DNA of 64,000 bases, taken from NCBI RefSeq assembly GCF_009914755.1, contig NC_060942.1. The stretch is one strand, 5' to 3'. Shown piece after piece: positions 24,906-39,034 of the stretch. The position numbers and the translations under genes were made by a program. This DNA is from the human T2T-CHM13v2.0 reference genome, Homo sapiens. The notes under the pieces were generated by a model, which saw nothing but the letters and a program-made list of their open reading frames with translations, was not told the origin of the DNA and made no database searches. Position 1 is the stretch's first letter, and the number at the start of each line of letters is the position of its first letter.

Positions 24906-25195
24906 GTTGCTACAGAAATAGGCACTGAGCTGGAGGCTTCTGATTGTCCAGTCAGCCCATCCACTGCTGACCCTGCTCCTTACCACACTCGTGCCTTCTT
25001 CATTCATCACCCCTGCCATACCCTCCCCCCGCCTTTGCCCTTTCTCCAACTGTCCAGTCCCAGTATCACCACAAAACTTCTCATGACATATCCAATCCAC
25101 ATCGACTCAATTTTGTTAACTATAGCAATTAATCTTCCAGGCAATCACTTCCTTGGATTACTCTGGAAGTGTTGGTTCATCTGTGTATCTTTATC

Positions 25196-25556
25196 TTCTA
25201 TGGGCTGAATATTTGTATTCTTCCAAAATTCATATCCTGAAATCGAATCCTCAGTGCAATAGTTTTAAGAGCTAAGACCTTTGGGAGGTAATTAGGTTAT
25301 GAAGGCAGAGTTCTCATGAATGGAATTAGTGTCCACACAAAAGAGAACCCAGAGATCTCACTTGTCCCTCTGCCACATGAGGACACAAGTGAAAGACGTC
25401 TATCTACAAGCCAGGAAATGGGCTCTCACCAGACAACAAATCTGTTGGTGTCTTGACCTTGGACTCTCCAGCCTCCAGAACTATAAGAAATACCTTTCAA
25501 GTATAAGTCACACAGTCCATGATATTTTGTTATAATAGCCCAAATGGACTAAGGCA
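25196..25556 (+). mobile_element. MLT1A/MLT1A0 MaLR solo LTR
   Basis: CTATGGGCTGAAT..CCAAAATTCATAT...CCTTTGGGAGGTAATTAGGTTATGA...CTCTCACCAGAC...GACCTTGGACTCTCCAGCCTCCAGAACT...ATAGCCCAAATGGACTAAGGCA. Confidence 0.9.
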
Positions 25557-25635
25557 TCTTCTTAAATAAACTTACATTTCTTTAAGGGAACAAATATTTT
25601 TTCAGCGCTTCTTTTGTATTTTCCTCATGGAAGAG

Positions 25636-25655
25636 TTAAGTTCTTAAGAACTTAA
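25636..25655. repeat. Perfect 20-bp palindrome
   Basis: TTAAGTTCTTAAGAACTTAA. Confidence 0.95.
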
Positions 25656-28494
25656 GCCACCTATGATGATTTATTGATTCTTTTTTTCCTAAAGATTATA
25701 CTCAGCCCCACCTCATATGCTTGTGAAATGCCTTATTGAATAGCTCCCTCAACAACCAAGTCCTTCAATGCAGCTTTTCTACATATGAGTCTGCTATAGA
25801 CTCTGAAACATACACAGTCTCACTTAGTTCTCACTAGGGGTTGCCAAGTAGAATTCAGAGATATTGAGGAATATGACTAGAATCACCTAATGCCAATGCA
25901 GAGAGAAAAGGGCTAAGATTTGAATAGGGATTCATCCTTTTCTGGAGCCAAGATCTCCTCCTGAACAGCCCTGTTTCCTCTTAGTTTATATTTTCACTGG
26001 TCACTACACTAGTAGGTTTTTCTTGTGACTAGTGAGCGTTTCTTAATATCACTAGGATTGTATGGTTAAACAAGCATTTTCATGGTCTTCAAATAAGGGC
26101 ATAAACAAGAACTCATTCATGATCATATAAAGCAAACATTTACGTGGATGACACACAATTTTATCTGAAATACTTAAAATAGGAAGCATATATAAAAATG
26201 TTTTAAACACCTGATATTCTCTCCTTCTTAAAAAAATTTTAGCCATTTTTGTAGCACATCTTTTAAGAATATGTGCATTTTGTATTTTAACGGCAGTTTT
26301 TGAGTGTACTTCAAAATCTGTTTTTGTAGACATCAAATTTTGTACCAAGAAGCAATATGGTTGTTCATTGTTTACATTTTTGTTTTTTCCACTAATTACA
26401 TGTCAGCTGTCACTTACCCTGCTGTCATCAGGCATATATCTAAGAATCCACTTCTAGGTCACTGCTTTAATTCCTGTGGGAAGACAATAGTTAATAAAAT
26501 CACAATGCCTGAATTAGAGCCCAGGGGAGTAAAGAGTGTAGGTTTAGTGCATAGGCTTTGTCACAGCTGTTTTAGGAACTTAAAGGTCTTCTGTGACATC
26601 TTCCTTGTCTACATTGAGGTTGTGGTGACTGAAGTCTGCAGATACCTTGGACAGATGCTATGAAAAATATATATTGTGCAGAGTCTTGAACAAGGTCTTT
26701 GTTTGAGATAGCAAAACAAAGGAACAATTCTTGGATTCTTAAAATCATAATCTAATTTTGGATTAAACACCATATCATAGATATATTACCCATGGAGAAG
26801 GTAAGCATCAAAGCACTTTATGACTAGACAAGTGTGGAGCCAATGTTCCTTTGAAGAGGTGAAAAAAAACAGTCTGGAAGAGGCACTCAAGGTTGGGAAA
26901 TGGAGGGGCTACACCATGGAGTGGAAATAAGGAGGTCAGACACAGGGCCTTAATAACTTGGGTGGACTTGATGTCTAACCAGCAGGAGATTACAATGATT
27001 TTTTTTTCTTCAGAAAAAGAGAGAAGGTTAGATTTAAGATTCACTACATCTTTAATGCACAGAGTTCCTTTGCCTTCATGTGTACTCAGAATGACTTTGG
27101 GATTCTTATCAGCTGTTTCTAATTTAGACCTGTGACTGTCGGCTTTTTCACAGAGCCAGTGCCTCTCTGAAGTCGCTCCTTATGAGGCTTTGTGAAAAAT
27201 CTGGACAGCTTAGGACACACACATACATATAGGGGAGAAAAAAAAAGAGAGTGGTGAGCAAGTGGGTACATTTTATTTTTCTGCAGTTGGCCTTTATTTT
27301 TTATATAACCTTGTACTCCTTTTCAATTTCCCCTCAAACCGTTTTTCCTCTGCCTGCTCCCTTTTTCTTCATTATTTTAATGGCTACATCTTTGCTCTGA
27401 TGTGTCAATGGGAGTGGAAAATCCTATGAAGCCAGGGCTTAATGAAACACCAGCTGGAACAGAGGGATAAAGTTTCTTTGGAGCGGCTTCAAAGGGATGC
27501 GGGCTGGGTGAGCTCAGGGACAATGATGCCCAGGCCTGAGGACACAGACAGCCTGGCGAGCTGGCCCAGCCTGGCCCTAACGAGGCATGAAGGGATGGGG
27601 ACCCACGTCACTGTTCAGTCGAGGGTGTGGAATGGGGGATTTACGAACATGCACACACAGGCTGAATTCTTCTATTTCACAACAAATGGTTTTCTCATGA
27701 AATGAGGGGCCAAAATGTGACTTCTGCCAGAAGCAGCATGAGCTAATTTTACTCAAAAGCCCTGGCTTCCAGAATTCAGGCAAGCATCTCCCTCCCCACC
27801 CCCGTTTGGAATAAATTTTACATTTCTTTTTATAGGAAAATTACCACGGAAACCTTAGTTTTGATAGGACTTGAGAGAGATTTATGAACACTCATTGGTC
27901 ATTTTTGGTCAGGTGGCATTTCTCTTTTCTTTTTTGTGAATAGAGTAGGAAAAACGACTTGGAAATAGGCTATAAATGTAGAAGGCTCAAATGCCACGTC
28001 TGGTTGTCAGCCCCATTTAGGCCTTGGCTTCGGAGGCTCTTGTACTTTGAATGACATCAAACATAATCAGATGCGGTTTGTGGCCAGAAGGGATTTTTAG
28101 AAAACTACAATGTATCTTGCCTGTACCTGGTTTATTCATATATATTAATGTGCTTTGTATAATACTTACTGTCTCATTCCTTTTGCTTTGCTAATGAGGG
28201 CATTTGATCAATTGCATTGACTAGCTCATTTTATTAAGTTAACTTTCAGAATTGCTACAACTGTTTTACTTACTGTTTTTGTTTTTTATGCTTTTGCAAA
28301 CTGAGTCTTCTGAAAACTAAGATACTTCAAATCCAAAACAAACACAGAAAAAATTTTCCCCCCTTTCCCTTGCTTGTGAGAACTGACAAACAAGAGGTTA
28401 AAATATGTTTTATGTTCCAAGCAATAAATATTTACTGAGAAATCAAGATTAATAAGTTCTCTTCTCCTCATGGTCTAGAAAAATAAAATATGGA

Positions 28495-29070
28495 CTTTTA
28501 TCCAATTCAGTTCCATAAGCAGGTATAAATCACCTACCATTTACAGGTATTGTTCTACCTGCTAAGAAATAAACCCAAAGAGGACACTTTCCCACCTTCA
28601 GGAGACTTCCCTGTGGGAAAGACAGACAGGATTCTACATAAGAAATTCCATTTTCGTTGGTCAAAAGCATCAGAACATGATACATCTTATACAATTCAGT
28701 CTAATTTAGGGGCAAGGTTTTTTTTTTAATATTTATAGGATTATGTAACTTTCAGCCAAGGCTTCCTACAGGAGGTGGTATTTGAGTTCCATTGGTTAAA
28801 AGAGGGAAGGATATGCCAGAGGAAATTCCTTAAACAAATGCCTAAAATAAAGGAGTGACGTGGTATGTGAAGGAGATTACTAAAACTCCAATATAATTCT
28901 TTAAAATAATTACATGAGGCAGAGGGTCTGGGGATAATTCCAGAAGCATCAGTAGGACAAAGACATGGAAGACTTTGTATGTCAGGCTTGGGCTTTCTTC
29001 TGTAGATTATGGGGAGGCCAGGGAAATTTTTAAATTACTGGAGTGACTGGGTCAAGCGTCGCATGTTGGA
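28495..29070 (-). mobile_element. L2 LINE 3' fragment
   Basis: AATCACCTACCATTTACAGGTATTGTTCTA...GGCTTCCTACAGGAGGTGGTATTTGAG...GGGCTTTCTTCTGTAGATTATGGGGAGGCCAGGGAAATTTTTAA (antisense L2). Confidence 0.7.
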
Positions 29071-29084
29071 TGAATCATTTTGGC

Positions 29085-29512
29085 TCTGCCGTCACACACA
29101 TACACTGTCCTCTGCCAGGGAACCCCTTCAGTCTGTACTTTCCAGGCCTCTTGCCATCTTCACCTCTGGCTGGGTCTTGATAATGGAAGGCACTGATAAG
29201 AGGTTGAGTTATTCAGATGAAGGAATAGTTGGTGAATTTAGCCCTTAGTCTCTCCATGCTTGCCCACACATTATCAATGATTGTTCCTCTGTGGTCATAG
29301 CATCTATCGCACTTTCTCCAGCACCTGCTATCACCAGAATCCTTTAGGGCTGGTACTGGCTTCCTGAAGTTCCTAGTTTGGCTCCATCGTAATGCATTTT
29401 TTATTTTCTTAGCCCTCTGCTCACCTCCGAGAATGATCTTTTTATTAAACTCTCTTCAGCAAAACCCTTTGAGCCTAGAATCTTGTTTATTGCCAGAACT
29501 TTGACAGAGAGT
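29085..29512 (+). mobile_element. LTR33-like (ERVL) solo LTR
   Basis: GGCTGGGTCTTGATAATGGAAGGCACTG...TTTATTAAACTCTCTTCAGCAAAACCCTTTGAG...TGTTTATTGCCAGAACTTTGACAGA resembles the LTR33 3' end. Confidence 0.65.
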
Positions 29513-32500
29513 CAGAGATGAAGACAGTTTAATTATAAGAATTCCATGATATTTCAAGTACGATAGGGGACTGGAGTGTAACAGATGTATTCTAGAAGAA
29601 TGTAAAAGTTAGTGACTAATTAGACTAAATAATATGACACCAATCAATAAGAGGCCAATGTTAGAGAAGAACAATCAGAACACTAGGAAAGAGGTCCCAA
29701 AGGGCAGAAGTCAGCATTCAGAGGGTCACAGGGTAGGGGGAGAGATATGGAGATGAGTACAGATTCTAAAACAGGGATAGTTTGAGTCCTGCTGACTTCA
29801 TCGTCTTAGGTTATTCTCAGTATGATAAAGCACTATATCCCCAAGAAAGTATAATATAAAATTGTAATGATTATTGTGTTTCCTTTACGTGGTTTTATTC
29901 CTAGATTAATATGTCTTTATCATACACAGAAGGAACTTCAAGGTGTGCAAATGTCCAAAAGATGGTATATTTCCTAACTCTTTAAATCTATTATTGCATT
30001 TAAGATCTTATCACTTCTGAGAATACTCAGCCTTGTGTCTCTGTCTATGCATTATTGGCACTTATGGTTATTTGCACTTAAAGAAGGGCAAATAACATCA
30101 ACTATGCACACTATCATGGCACTGTCTCTAAAGCAGCTTTGGCTTTTAATGGCACTCTATGGGGTGGATGTTTCTTCTGAGTAATGATAAGGCCATTTGG
30201 AAATATACTCAGGAGGAGGCACAGGGTCGTCAAAGATAAAAAAATCAAACCAAGATAAATAATCCAGTATAGATCTCCCCCAGCCTAACCTAGCACATAA
30301 TAATTTACACAGCAAATAATTAATATTTGAATAATTAGCCAAGCATTGAGTTGGCTTCACTACTTTTAGTGAAGCTACCAGCACCCTGGTGAAGCAACAT
30401 GTGCAAATTAATAAGATGCCTAAAATACCTTTATTTATAAAGGTTATTTCTTCCTTGTAATAAAATTCTTCCTTTAGCTATGGGTGTCGTGTGGGAGTCT
30501 CTGACCCAATGGTGTGTGCTGAGGTCCTCCCCTGCCTTCATCTAGGCCTAGATGCCTCTGCTTAAGGACAGAGCAGCCCGAGAGAAGTTCAGGTCAAGTT
30601 GCTGTCCTGTACAGCCTTGCCCCTAGAGTAGCAGCCATTCATCCATGGTCAAAGATGCCTACGTTGTAGTCTCCTGCCAAGATCAAAATACCTCCTGGCC
30701 CACAAAAAACCTTACACTATGACCAAAGTAGTTAAAAGCCAATTTCACAATTCAAAATCCCACCTGGCCTATCATAAGCCCTTTCAAACCAAGATCAAAA
30801 TGCCCTGCCCACCCATTCACAGCTGAGGCCCAAAGCTATACTCCTGGCCTCCCCAGAAGTATCAGCCACTACATGGTTATTTTGCTCTTCCAGATTCCAG
30901 TCTTTTATTTCTTAAGATCCTCAGATAATGCACAAAGATATTGAGATCCTTAACTTACTTCATCCAAAGTACAGCTTTCCCTGTGCCATTGCTGCCTTAA
31001 CTAATAAGTACAAAATGTCAGAAATTTCATGCTTTCTTTTGTGGGTATTCCCACCACTGTTATTTGTACCATTGATTCGATTGTGTTGCTATAGAGAGTT
31101 TCATTCCTGCAACAAAACATGTTGACCACAGCTACAATGTTGGAAAGACCTAAGTTTATGGGTGTGAAGAGAAGGCACGTGTGGAATTCCATTCATTGGG
31201 ACACCAGTTAGAAAACTTGGCTGGTGAAATTATTGGGGACAGGATAAGCTCCATTTCTCAGAGGAGTGAAAGGTTCATCAGAAATCTCTAATATTGCTGC
31301 TTGCATCTTGCTGAGAGTTATTTATCTAAAGGCATTTTTGTAATTGCTAGAATTAAAACTGATTACATTTCAGAACCAGTTTTCAGCCTTTATTTCTGGG
31401 TTAACTTTTATAGACAGCGGTGTTTGTGACCATGTTCTCACCATGCTTGATGGCCTTTCATTCCTTCCTCACTGGGGTGACTGCCACCTGAAGTTCTCCG
31501 AGGACATTGCCAAACTATATTCCCACTGCTTCCTTTAATTTTAATGGTAAGCATGGCTTCTTACCTGAAAAATTCATACTGAATATTTTATTTTTAGAAC
31601 TTCTGGTTGTAGGGAAGGGACACCCAATTCAAGTGTTAAAGCCTTATATTTCTGCCTAGATAAAAAAGCAGGTATGAAGATATTTCCTAAGATTTTCATC
31701 TTAATAGCATTGACAATTTTGGGACATCCTTAAGAAGGGCTTATTGAAACTGAATTCAGTACAGACAACATCTCAAAGGCATTTGAAGATGTATTTGAAT
31801 ACCAAAGATATTTAGCCACATAGCAGAAAAAATATCTTTATGAAATAATAAGCATTGTGCTTTCATGAGTTGGGGGAAAAAACTATATCATTTGGGTATA
31901 TTATTTGTTGGATTCAGATGTATTTATATTCTCAAAGTTGCTCAAGCATTTACAACCTGGCTCAGACTAGCCCACACAGGCAATAAAGAGCCACCGTCCA
32001 TGTTCTCACATTCTCACAATATGGGAAACACACACTCACGCAGAGAGAGAAAGAGAGAGAGACTTAAAATAAATAAATACATTGTAATTAGATATATTTA
32101 ATTATGAAGGTTCCTCAAAATGCAATCATATGTGATAAAATGATTCCTGGTATAATAAATCAGCTACATATTACATATAAAGGCCTTTTATAACCTCAGT
32201 CAGAAACACTTAGACCATTTTATGGCATATACCATTTTAAGCAACTGACAGAAAGCTAAGCTCAACCATGAGAAATGCACACACATACACAATTGTGCAA
32301 AACCATTTTAGGCAAGAGTCTAATGAATTCCCCAGAAGACATCTACAAACCACTTGTCTAGGAGTCCGTAACACCCAGTTCAAGAAATTTCAGTTTGTTA
32401 GAACTCTTCATGGCTGCAATCTAGAAGGCTTTGGATCTTCCATTCAGTATCACTTTCAGTTTGACTACAACTGATTGTTCATACTTATCTTTCACTAAGC

Positions 32501-33109
32501 CCCATCATGAGCCTTCTCTTGTCAGGAAGACAGCTAAGTTTGCCCTGGCACACTGGCTCATTTTCACATGTATACCTTGTTCACACTGTCCCTCATTGAT
32601 GGAATCCCATGTATTTATGGTGACTCAACAAGGTAGCTGGCCTTGGGATACATCAATGAATGAGATAGAATGAAAGCCCTGTCCTCATAGAGATTACACT
32701 CTTCTCTACAGGAATAATCTCTTCTTCTTACCCTCCCCTGTCCTACCAATTTATCAGACCAAAGTGGTGTCCCACCTCCTTTGTGAGACCGAAATTTCTT
32801 TCCTCTGAAAGGTTGCATTTTAAAAGATGTGGATTACCTGTTTAATCTCCAAGAAGCAATGCTTCCATTGTGTGTGAGCTTACCTGTCTATAGTCATCAC
32901 ACCTGCTTAGCATGATGCACCCCTTTAAATTGTTATGATGTGGCCAGGTTTCTTTGCTCTCTCTACAATACCTATTTGGTATTCAGGACATTTTGATTGA
33001 CTGATTATCATATACACTATCCTTTTTTATAGCCATCAGAGAAATAGTCTTAAGGAGATATCTTGCATTTATGTGGCATTTTAACCTTTGTATTAACGTG
33101 TATTATCAT

Positions 33110-33295
33110 AGTACATTCTCAGGATAATCTCTTCATTTAAGAGGTAAGTAGGAAAAGGGGTACTATTCCAATTTTAAGTACAAGAGAGCTGAAGAAAATT
33201 CAGTGACTTGCTCAAAGTCACAGAGCAAATTAGTACCCAAACTAAGAGTAGATTTGAGATCTCTTGGGTCCTACCTTGTGTTTAATCCTTCCACT
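33110..33295 (-). mobile_element. MIR fragment
   Basis: AGTGACTTGCTCAAAGTCACAGAGCAAATTAG. Confidence 0.65.
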
Positions 33296-35724
33296 TTTCA
33301 CGGAGCTCCAGTGTTATGAAACAACACTCAAGGAAGTGCAATCAATACTTTAGGTAGCAAAGAACTTGCCATGTAAGAACTTTCAATTACTTGTAAGGGA
33401 GTAGGAGACATACAACTGCAAATAAAATCTGCAGGTCATGCTAAGACTCCCATTGAGTTCAGCATCCTCCCCCACCAAATGGAGGCAATGGCTTATTATG
33501 ACACATTCCTTTCTTCTCTCTCGGTTCATACATTCGTATCTCTAGAGGTCAATTCCATTCCTACTGCTTATAGTTACATATCCTATCCTTATGGAGAAGT
33601 TTGCTACATCATCTTGAGCAAGAAAATAACCTTAACTGTGACTTCAAATTACCTAAAGGTAAAATGTGGCTAATAACCCTTTCCCTAATAGGCTCATGAA
33701 ATAATGGGGTTATAACGAGAATCTCCAATGTAATATTTGTTATCACAAGGTTAAAATGAAAGTGATACCCTAAGACTCAGCCCCAACAAGGAGTATTTTC
33801 CAATTACTAATGCAGACATGGATTTTTTCCTTCTCTAGACTCAGAGTACGTAACATTGACTCCATTGAGGTAGCTCTTATGGATAGCCTGGTATATTTTG
33901 TACATTTTCCTATTTTCATCTTTTATGGTAATTCATGTAGTCATTCACTGTTTTCAAAGTTGTTTCTTCTAGATTATCTCACTATGTCCTAAAATAATAC
34001 TTATGAATGTTTGTCCAGCTGGCTACTTTAATTTCCATCCCTTAGAGTCAGTGGTGACCTGGCTGTCAATTGGTACAGGTCTGTCCAGTTCCTGTCCTGG
34101 ATCTGCCCAGTTAGTTGGGAAAGACTCAGGACAGGAGCCCTAGACCTTCAAATCTTAGGTATTGATCTCTTCCCAGGGCAGCACCTCATTCTTATGGGAT
34201 GGGCACACCAATGGGAGCCTTTTTCTTTCCACCACACAGAGCCTCGCTCACAGGAGGACCATCACGAACACTTGATTGAATGAATTTTCTACTCCCAATT
34301 GTAGTATTTATCACTTGATAAGGAAAATAAGGACTTTAATGCCTTTTGTTTATTTTCCAACCACTTATTTTCTGCTTTACCTAAGTACATAGTGTAAGTT
34401 TAATATAGGAGAAAATGTGACATTTAGGTAATGGACATAATAAAAATTTTCACGTGACTACCTCATTATTATACCAGCTTCAAACTAAAATTTTCTACAC
34501 CCAAAAGGGAAAAAATATGTGATTGTAAAGGTTACTATTTCTATTTAAAGTGTGGATGTGTTTAAGCAGCTATAACAGTTTTCTTTAATGTGTTGAGAAG
34601 AGGGGTAGCTTGGAGACCTGGAGGCTGTCTCTCAGTTTTATAACTGAGAAGCTGTGTGACATTTGTCAAATCAATTAACCTCTCTGTGTTTGAGAGTTTC
34701 TATGTTTTGAAGAGGCTAAAATAATACTTGTTTTCTATAGCTGTCTATACCCACAAATTGAAAGACATGTCTTAGGGGAGGGAAGGCAATTATTTAGATG
34801 ATTCAGGCCAAAATCAATCCTGCCATGAAAGAGGAGAAAAAAAATGTGCATTTGGGCCTCAGCTGTCCAGATTGCCTGTCGACATCAATCAAATTCACAG
34901 AATAAATGGTTCAACCCTTGGCTTCCTTTTGCTTGTGTTACAAGAGGACCTTTGGGGGCATATTAGCTTGCTTGTTAAGACCAATGAGTAAATCACTAAT
35001 GGCTTCCGGCCACTTTGCATACATCCAAGAATAGTTGAAACTCAAGGAAGCTCTGGATTTCTAGAATGTCAGGGTTTCAAAGGATGTTCTTCTCCCAATG
35101 TCACCTTCAAAATTAGCATCAAAAGAGAAGAGGAGAGAAAAAGTAATCCAGCTTTGGTTTTGTGTCCGTGGTCTGCTGGACATTACTCTGGGCACTTCAT
35201 TCATCTTCTTACTTCAGTTGATACTCACAAACAAAAGTATGAGGTTGGGAGTGACAGAAGAGGAAATTGAGGCTGAAAAAGAGTAAGGATCACACAATCA
35301 ATAGCTGGCAATCTGGAGCATGGAACCTGATTCCAAGTCCATGAGCTAACCATTGTATTATTCTTGCTCCCAGCTCAGGCCTGGTGTGATTCAATAAAAT
35401 TCAACAATCATCACTGGGCCCCTGCAATGAACCAGATATGACACCAGGAGCTGAGCACAGTAAGATCAATAAGCATGGTCCTATTATCATGGGCTCTGTC
35501 CTGCATAATGTGAGAGTGGCACATAAACCCAACAGTAATGCTGTGTAAGCCACCTGCATGGGTGTGCAAAGGAGGAGCAGAGCTACAGGATCCTAGAAGT
35601 CCCTTTAAAAGATATTTTGGGAAGTTTTAAGTAAAAAAAAAATCCCCCCTGGGCCCAGAATCTATTCTTCTCTGTATTTGAGCAAAGGCCAAGGGGAGAA
35701 ACAAGTCTAGGTGGGTTCACGGTG

Positions 35725-35965
35725 CAGAGCAGGGTGAACCTGGCATGTAACCATGGATGCTGGGGTTTGAATCCCAGCTGCATCTTTTACCATGTGTTTC
35801 ATAAGGCACAAGCTGCTTAACTTCTCTGAGCCTCAGAGCCTGTCTTGGTAAAAGGGCTATGAAAATGGCTCCTTCATAAGACTACTGTGACTCAGAAATA
35901 ATGGAAGGAGAACACCTAGTATAGTGCCAGGCACAGTCAATGATTTTTTAAAATGCTACCATTAT
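35725..35965 (+). mobile_element. MIR SINE
   Basis: CTGGGGTTTGAATCCCAGCT...GCTTAACTTCTCTGAGCCTCAG...TAGTATAGTGCCAGGCACAGT. Confidence 0.8.
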
Positions 35966-37959
35966 TAGTCTAATGTTTTATCTTAAAAAGAAATGTATTT
36001 GATTGGAAGCTTAAAAATAGGCCATAAGGTTTATTTGTAGAATAGATATTGAAGAATAGATTCTTTCTGTTAGCATTGTTTTTGAACTAAATCATTCATG
36101 AATGAATCAACCAAAATGTATATATTTTAATTAATTATTATAGGTGAGCTACTGTACTTGACACATTGATTATGCATTACCTGCCAACAAGATTCTGACA
36201 TTCTAAACCATTTCTGGTTTAGCCCTGGTCACTCCTGCCAAAAGTGAACTTATGGTGTTGCCATGTCACCTCAATTGCCTCCTAAACTCTTCCTGACCAA
36301 GGGCCCTCCTTTTTGTTATTCCATATTTTCTATGCCTGTAAGTCCCACTCCACATCCCTGGAACATAAAGCAGCCTTAAGAAATAGTGCTCACTAATTGC
36401 CTTTTATGAACCGCTGATGTCTGTGATTTTCATCTAAACAAGGCTGCTCCGAGTGCCAAGGAAAAGCAGAGCCTTTTCTTCATAGACCAGTGTCTTCAGG
36501 GTGGGAACTGGACCATTTAAAACTCCAGCCAATGACCAAAATCCAGTTAGTGCTTCATATGTTATTAATGGAATGGAACTAATTTTGAGGAAAAGAGGAA
36601 TAGAATCAGCTCAAACAATCAAGAGTGTATTTGAATGCTCCACAATAGCATTGTATAAACCCTATGAAGATCTACAGAAATAGCCTGAATAGAGAACAGT
36701 AGGGATGGTTCTATTCTATACCTTTGCTTTAACGTTCATGCTGGTGATAGAGTGTAGAGGTTGAGAAGATGTACACATTTATCAGATTCTCCTAAGGATT
36801 ATTAACCAGCTACCAGTAGGTTCAGAGGCAGCGTGTAATTATACCAGCTAACCCAAGTATAGACTGTTGATATGCCCAAAACACTTGGTTTACGTAGCAA
36901 ACTGACCATTTGGATAACCTGACCCTGAGAGAATCCAGTCAAGGGGAAGCAAGGTTAGAGCTGTCCTGGAAGTTTAGATTAAATGAGTCCCCTGGCACAG
37001 AAAAGGGACTGGTTGAGCGTCATAAAGTAAACCAGCACCTAGTCTCAGCCAGGATAAATATAATATTCTGAGTGATCTGTTAAGAGAATGCAAACACGAA
37101 GAATTTTACCAAACAATGATAAAACTTGGATGTAAGTGAAGAAATACTGATTGGTGATATAGAGCTAGTCAGGGAGGCAAAAGGGGTTTGAAAAGGTCTC
37201 CTCTACAGTCACGTTAAAAACTAAGGTGGTGATAAGGCCCTTAGATTAGAGGCATATTCCCCAGATACCCCAGGATGAGGACGGCAATCAAAGGAGACAG
37301 ATACTTAACATGCAATATTGCAACCACAAAGAGGCTAATGAGATTCCAGGCTGCTTGTCCACAGGGCTAGCCATCAGTGTCACCAGGCAGGGAGGCTGCT
37401 GTCCCTCTTATAACCACTCTTCCGAAACTGCATGTGTGACAGGGCATCTGATTCTCAGTGGCTTAATAATGACACTGTCTACTTAGTCTAGCCGGGCTGC
37501 AGCAGGGGGACAGTGTGCTGATAAACTGGCTGGAGGCAGACACCTGTTGGAAGGCTGCAGAGAGTTTGTGCATGGGACAGAAAGCCATGGTCACCAGAGG
37601 CACAGTGAGGAGGAAGAGCTGCCCATGCATGGCTCTGCAGCATAAACCTGGGTTCTTGGGTTTGAACTGATGAGGGTGAGGTTGATATCCAAATTGTACC
37701 ATGAAGATACTGTTCAAGTTTCAGGAAACCTAAAATAAGAGCAAACTATAGGAGATCTTATCCTCCTTCCTTACTGGCAAAGTAAATTTGTTTAGCATTT
37801 GGTTTAATATTTTACCAAAAATCAAAAAAGAACAAATTAACAAAACAACAGATGAATAACCACCTGTTTCTATCTAGATGATGATTGGAGTTCAAGACTT
37901 GGCAGGACTAAGAGATAGAGTTGATGAGAGGAAAATCAGATTAGGACAGAGACAATGTG

Positions 37960-38135
37960 AGGCATCACTGTAGCTCTGGGATTATTTGCTATGGCACAGA
38001 GCCAAGGCTCCTAATCCTCTGGATTCTCAGTCCCATCATCTGTCCTGTAAGCAACACTCACCTTTATGGGGAAGATCAAATGAAATAGATGTTGAAATTG
38101 ATTTGAAGCATGGCAAATATTACATACAAATAAGA
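37960..38135 (+). mobile_element. MIR fragment
   Basis: CTCTGGATTCTCAGTCCCATCATCTGT...GAAGATCAAATGAAATAGATG. Confidence 0.55.
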
Positions 38136-38475
38136 CATCTGTGATTAAAGCATTTTATCCATTGCTTTGCTAATAAGTGTTCAAGGGAAGAAATTAATCA
38201 AGAACATTTTTGGGGAGGGGTGTCAGTGATAATAAGTACCCTGTCTTCATAGACATCATGCCAACTCTGTTCTTGAAAGGCTGATTTTAAAACTTCAGTA
38301 GCTATTAACAATGTGATTAAAATCCTGAAACTTTGGAAAGAGCTTGTCGATATGGTCCATATTCACTGATTATTTACCAAACCTACTTATCTAACCATCT
38401 CCATGGTTAAAGTTTTCTCCTTTAAAACTACCAAGTTCTGTAGGTGACCATTCGTCATGCCCGGGGAGCTCTGAA

Positions 38476-38545
38476 TGAGGCTGCCATATACAGCTGCAGA
38501 TATTGTGCATTATGTAATTCTGCTGAGGTATTCACATAGAATTCT
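38476..38545 (+). mobile_element. MER91-type (hAT-Tip100) MITE fragment
   Basis: AGGGCTGCCATATACAGCTGCAGATATTGTGCATT...ATTCACATAGA resembles the MER91B/C start. Confidence 0.55.
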
Positions 38546-39034
38546 AGAGTTGTTTAATAAGTTACCCTTATTTGGGGAATAATGCTAGAAGAAATTTTTT
38601 TAAAAATTTCTAAAGAATTTTTTAGCCTGTATTTTAGAATTTTTTTTTTTAGCCTGTATTTAACCCAGGTTATGTTAAAATCAGCTTCTTATAGGTCACC
38701 ATGTTTGGTTTCCTCTACATGCAACAAATGTGCAAAACAAATCTACAAATCTTTTTAGGGTGTTTTGGAAGAGAGCTGCTATTATCTTCCCATGGATGTA
38801 CTTTCTTTCTGTGCTTGTGTCTCTGACATAGGGTTGAAAAAAGTAACTCTGATGTGTAGAAATTCAAGCATGTGGCAAACAGGCAAGGAGTGACTTTGAG
38901 GGGGTGGCTTACATCTATACAAAGACACCTACTTCTCCTTTCTAGAGTTTTAAAATTCCATTTTAAATTTCCAGCCAAAAGAAAAGCTTTCAAGGAAATG
39001 GGAGTATTTCATTTTCCTTGATTTGCCTGATTTC

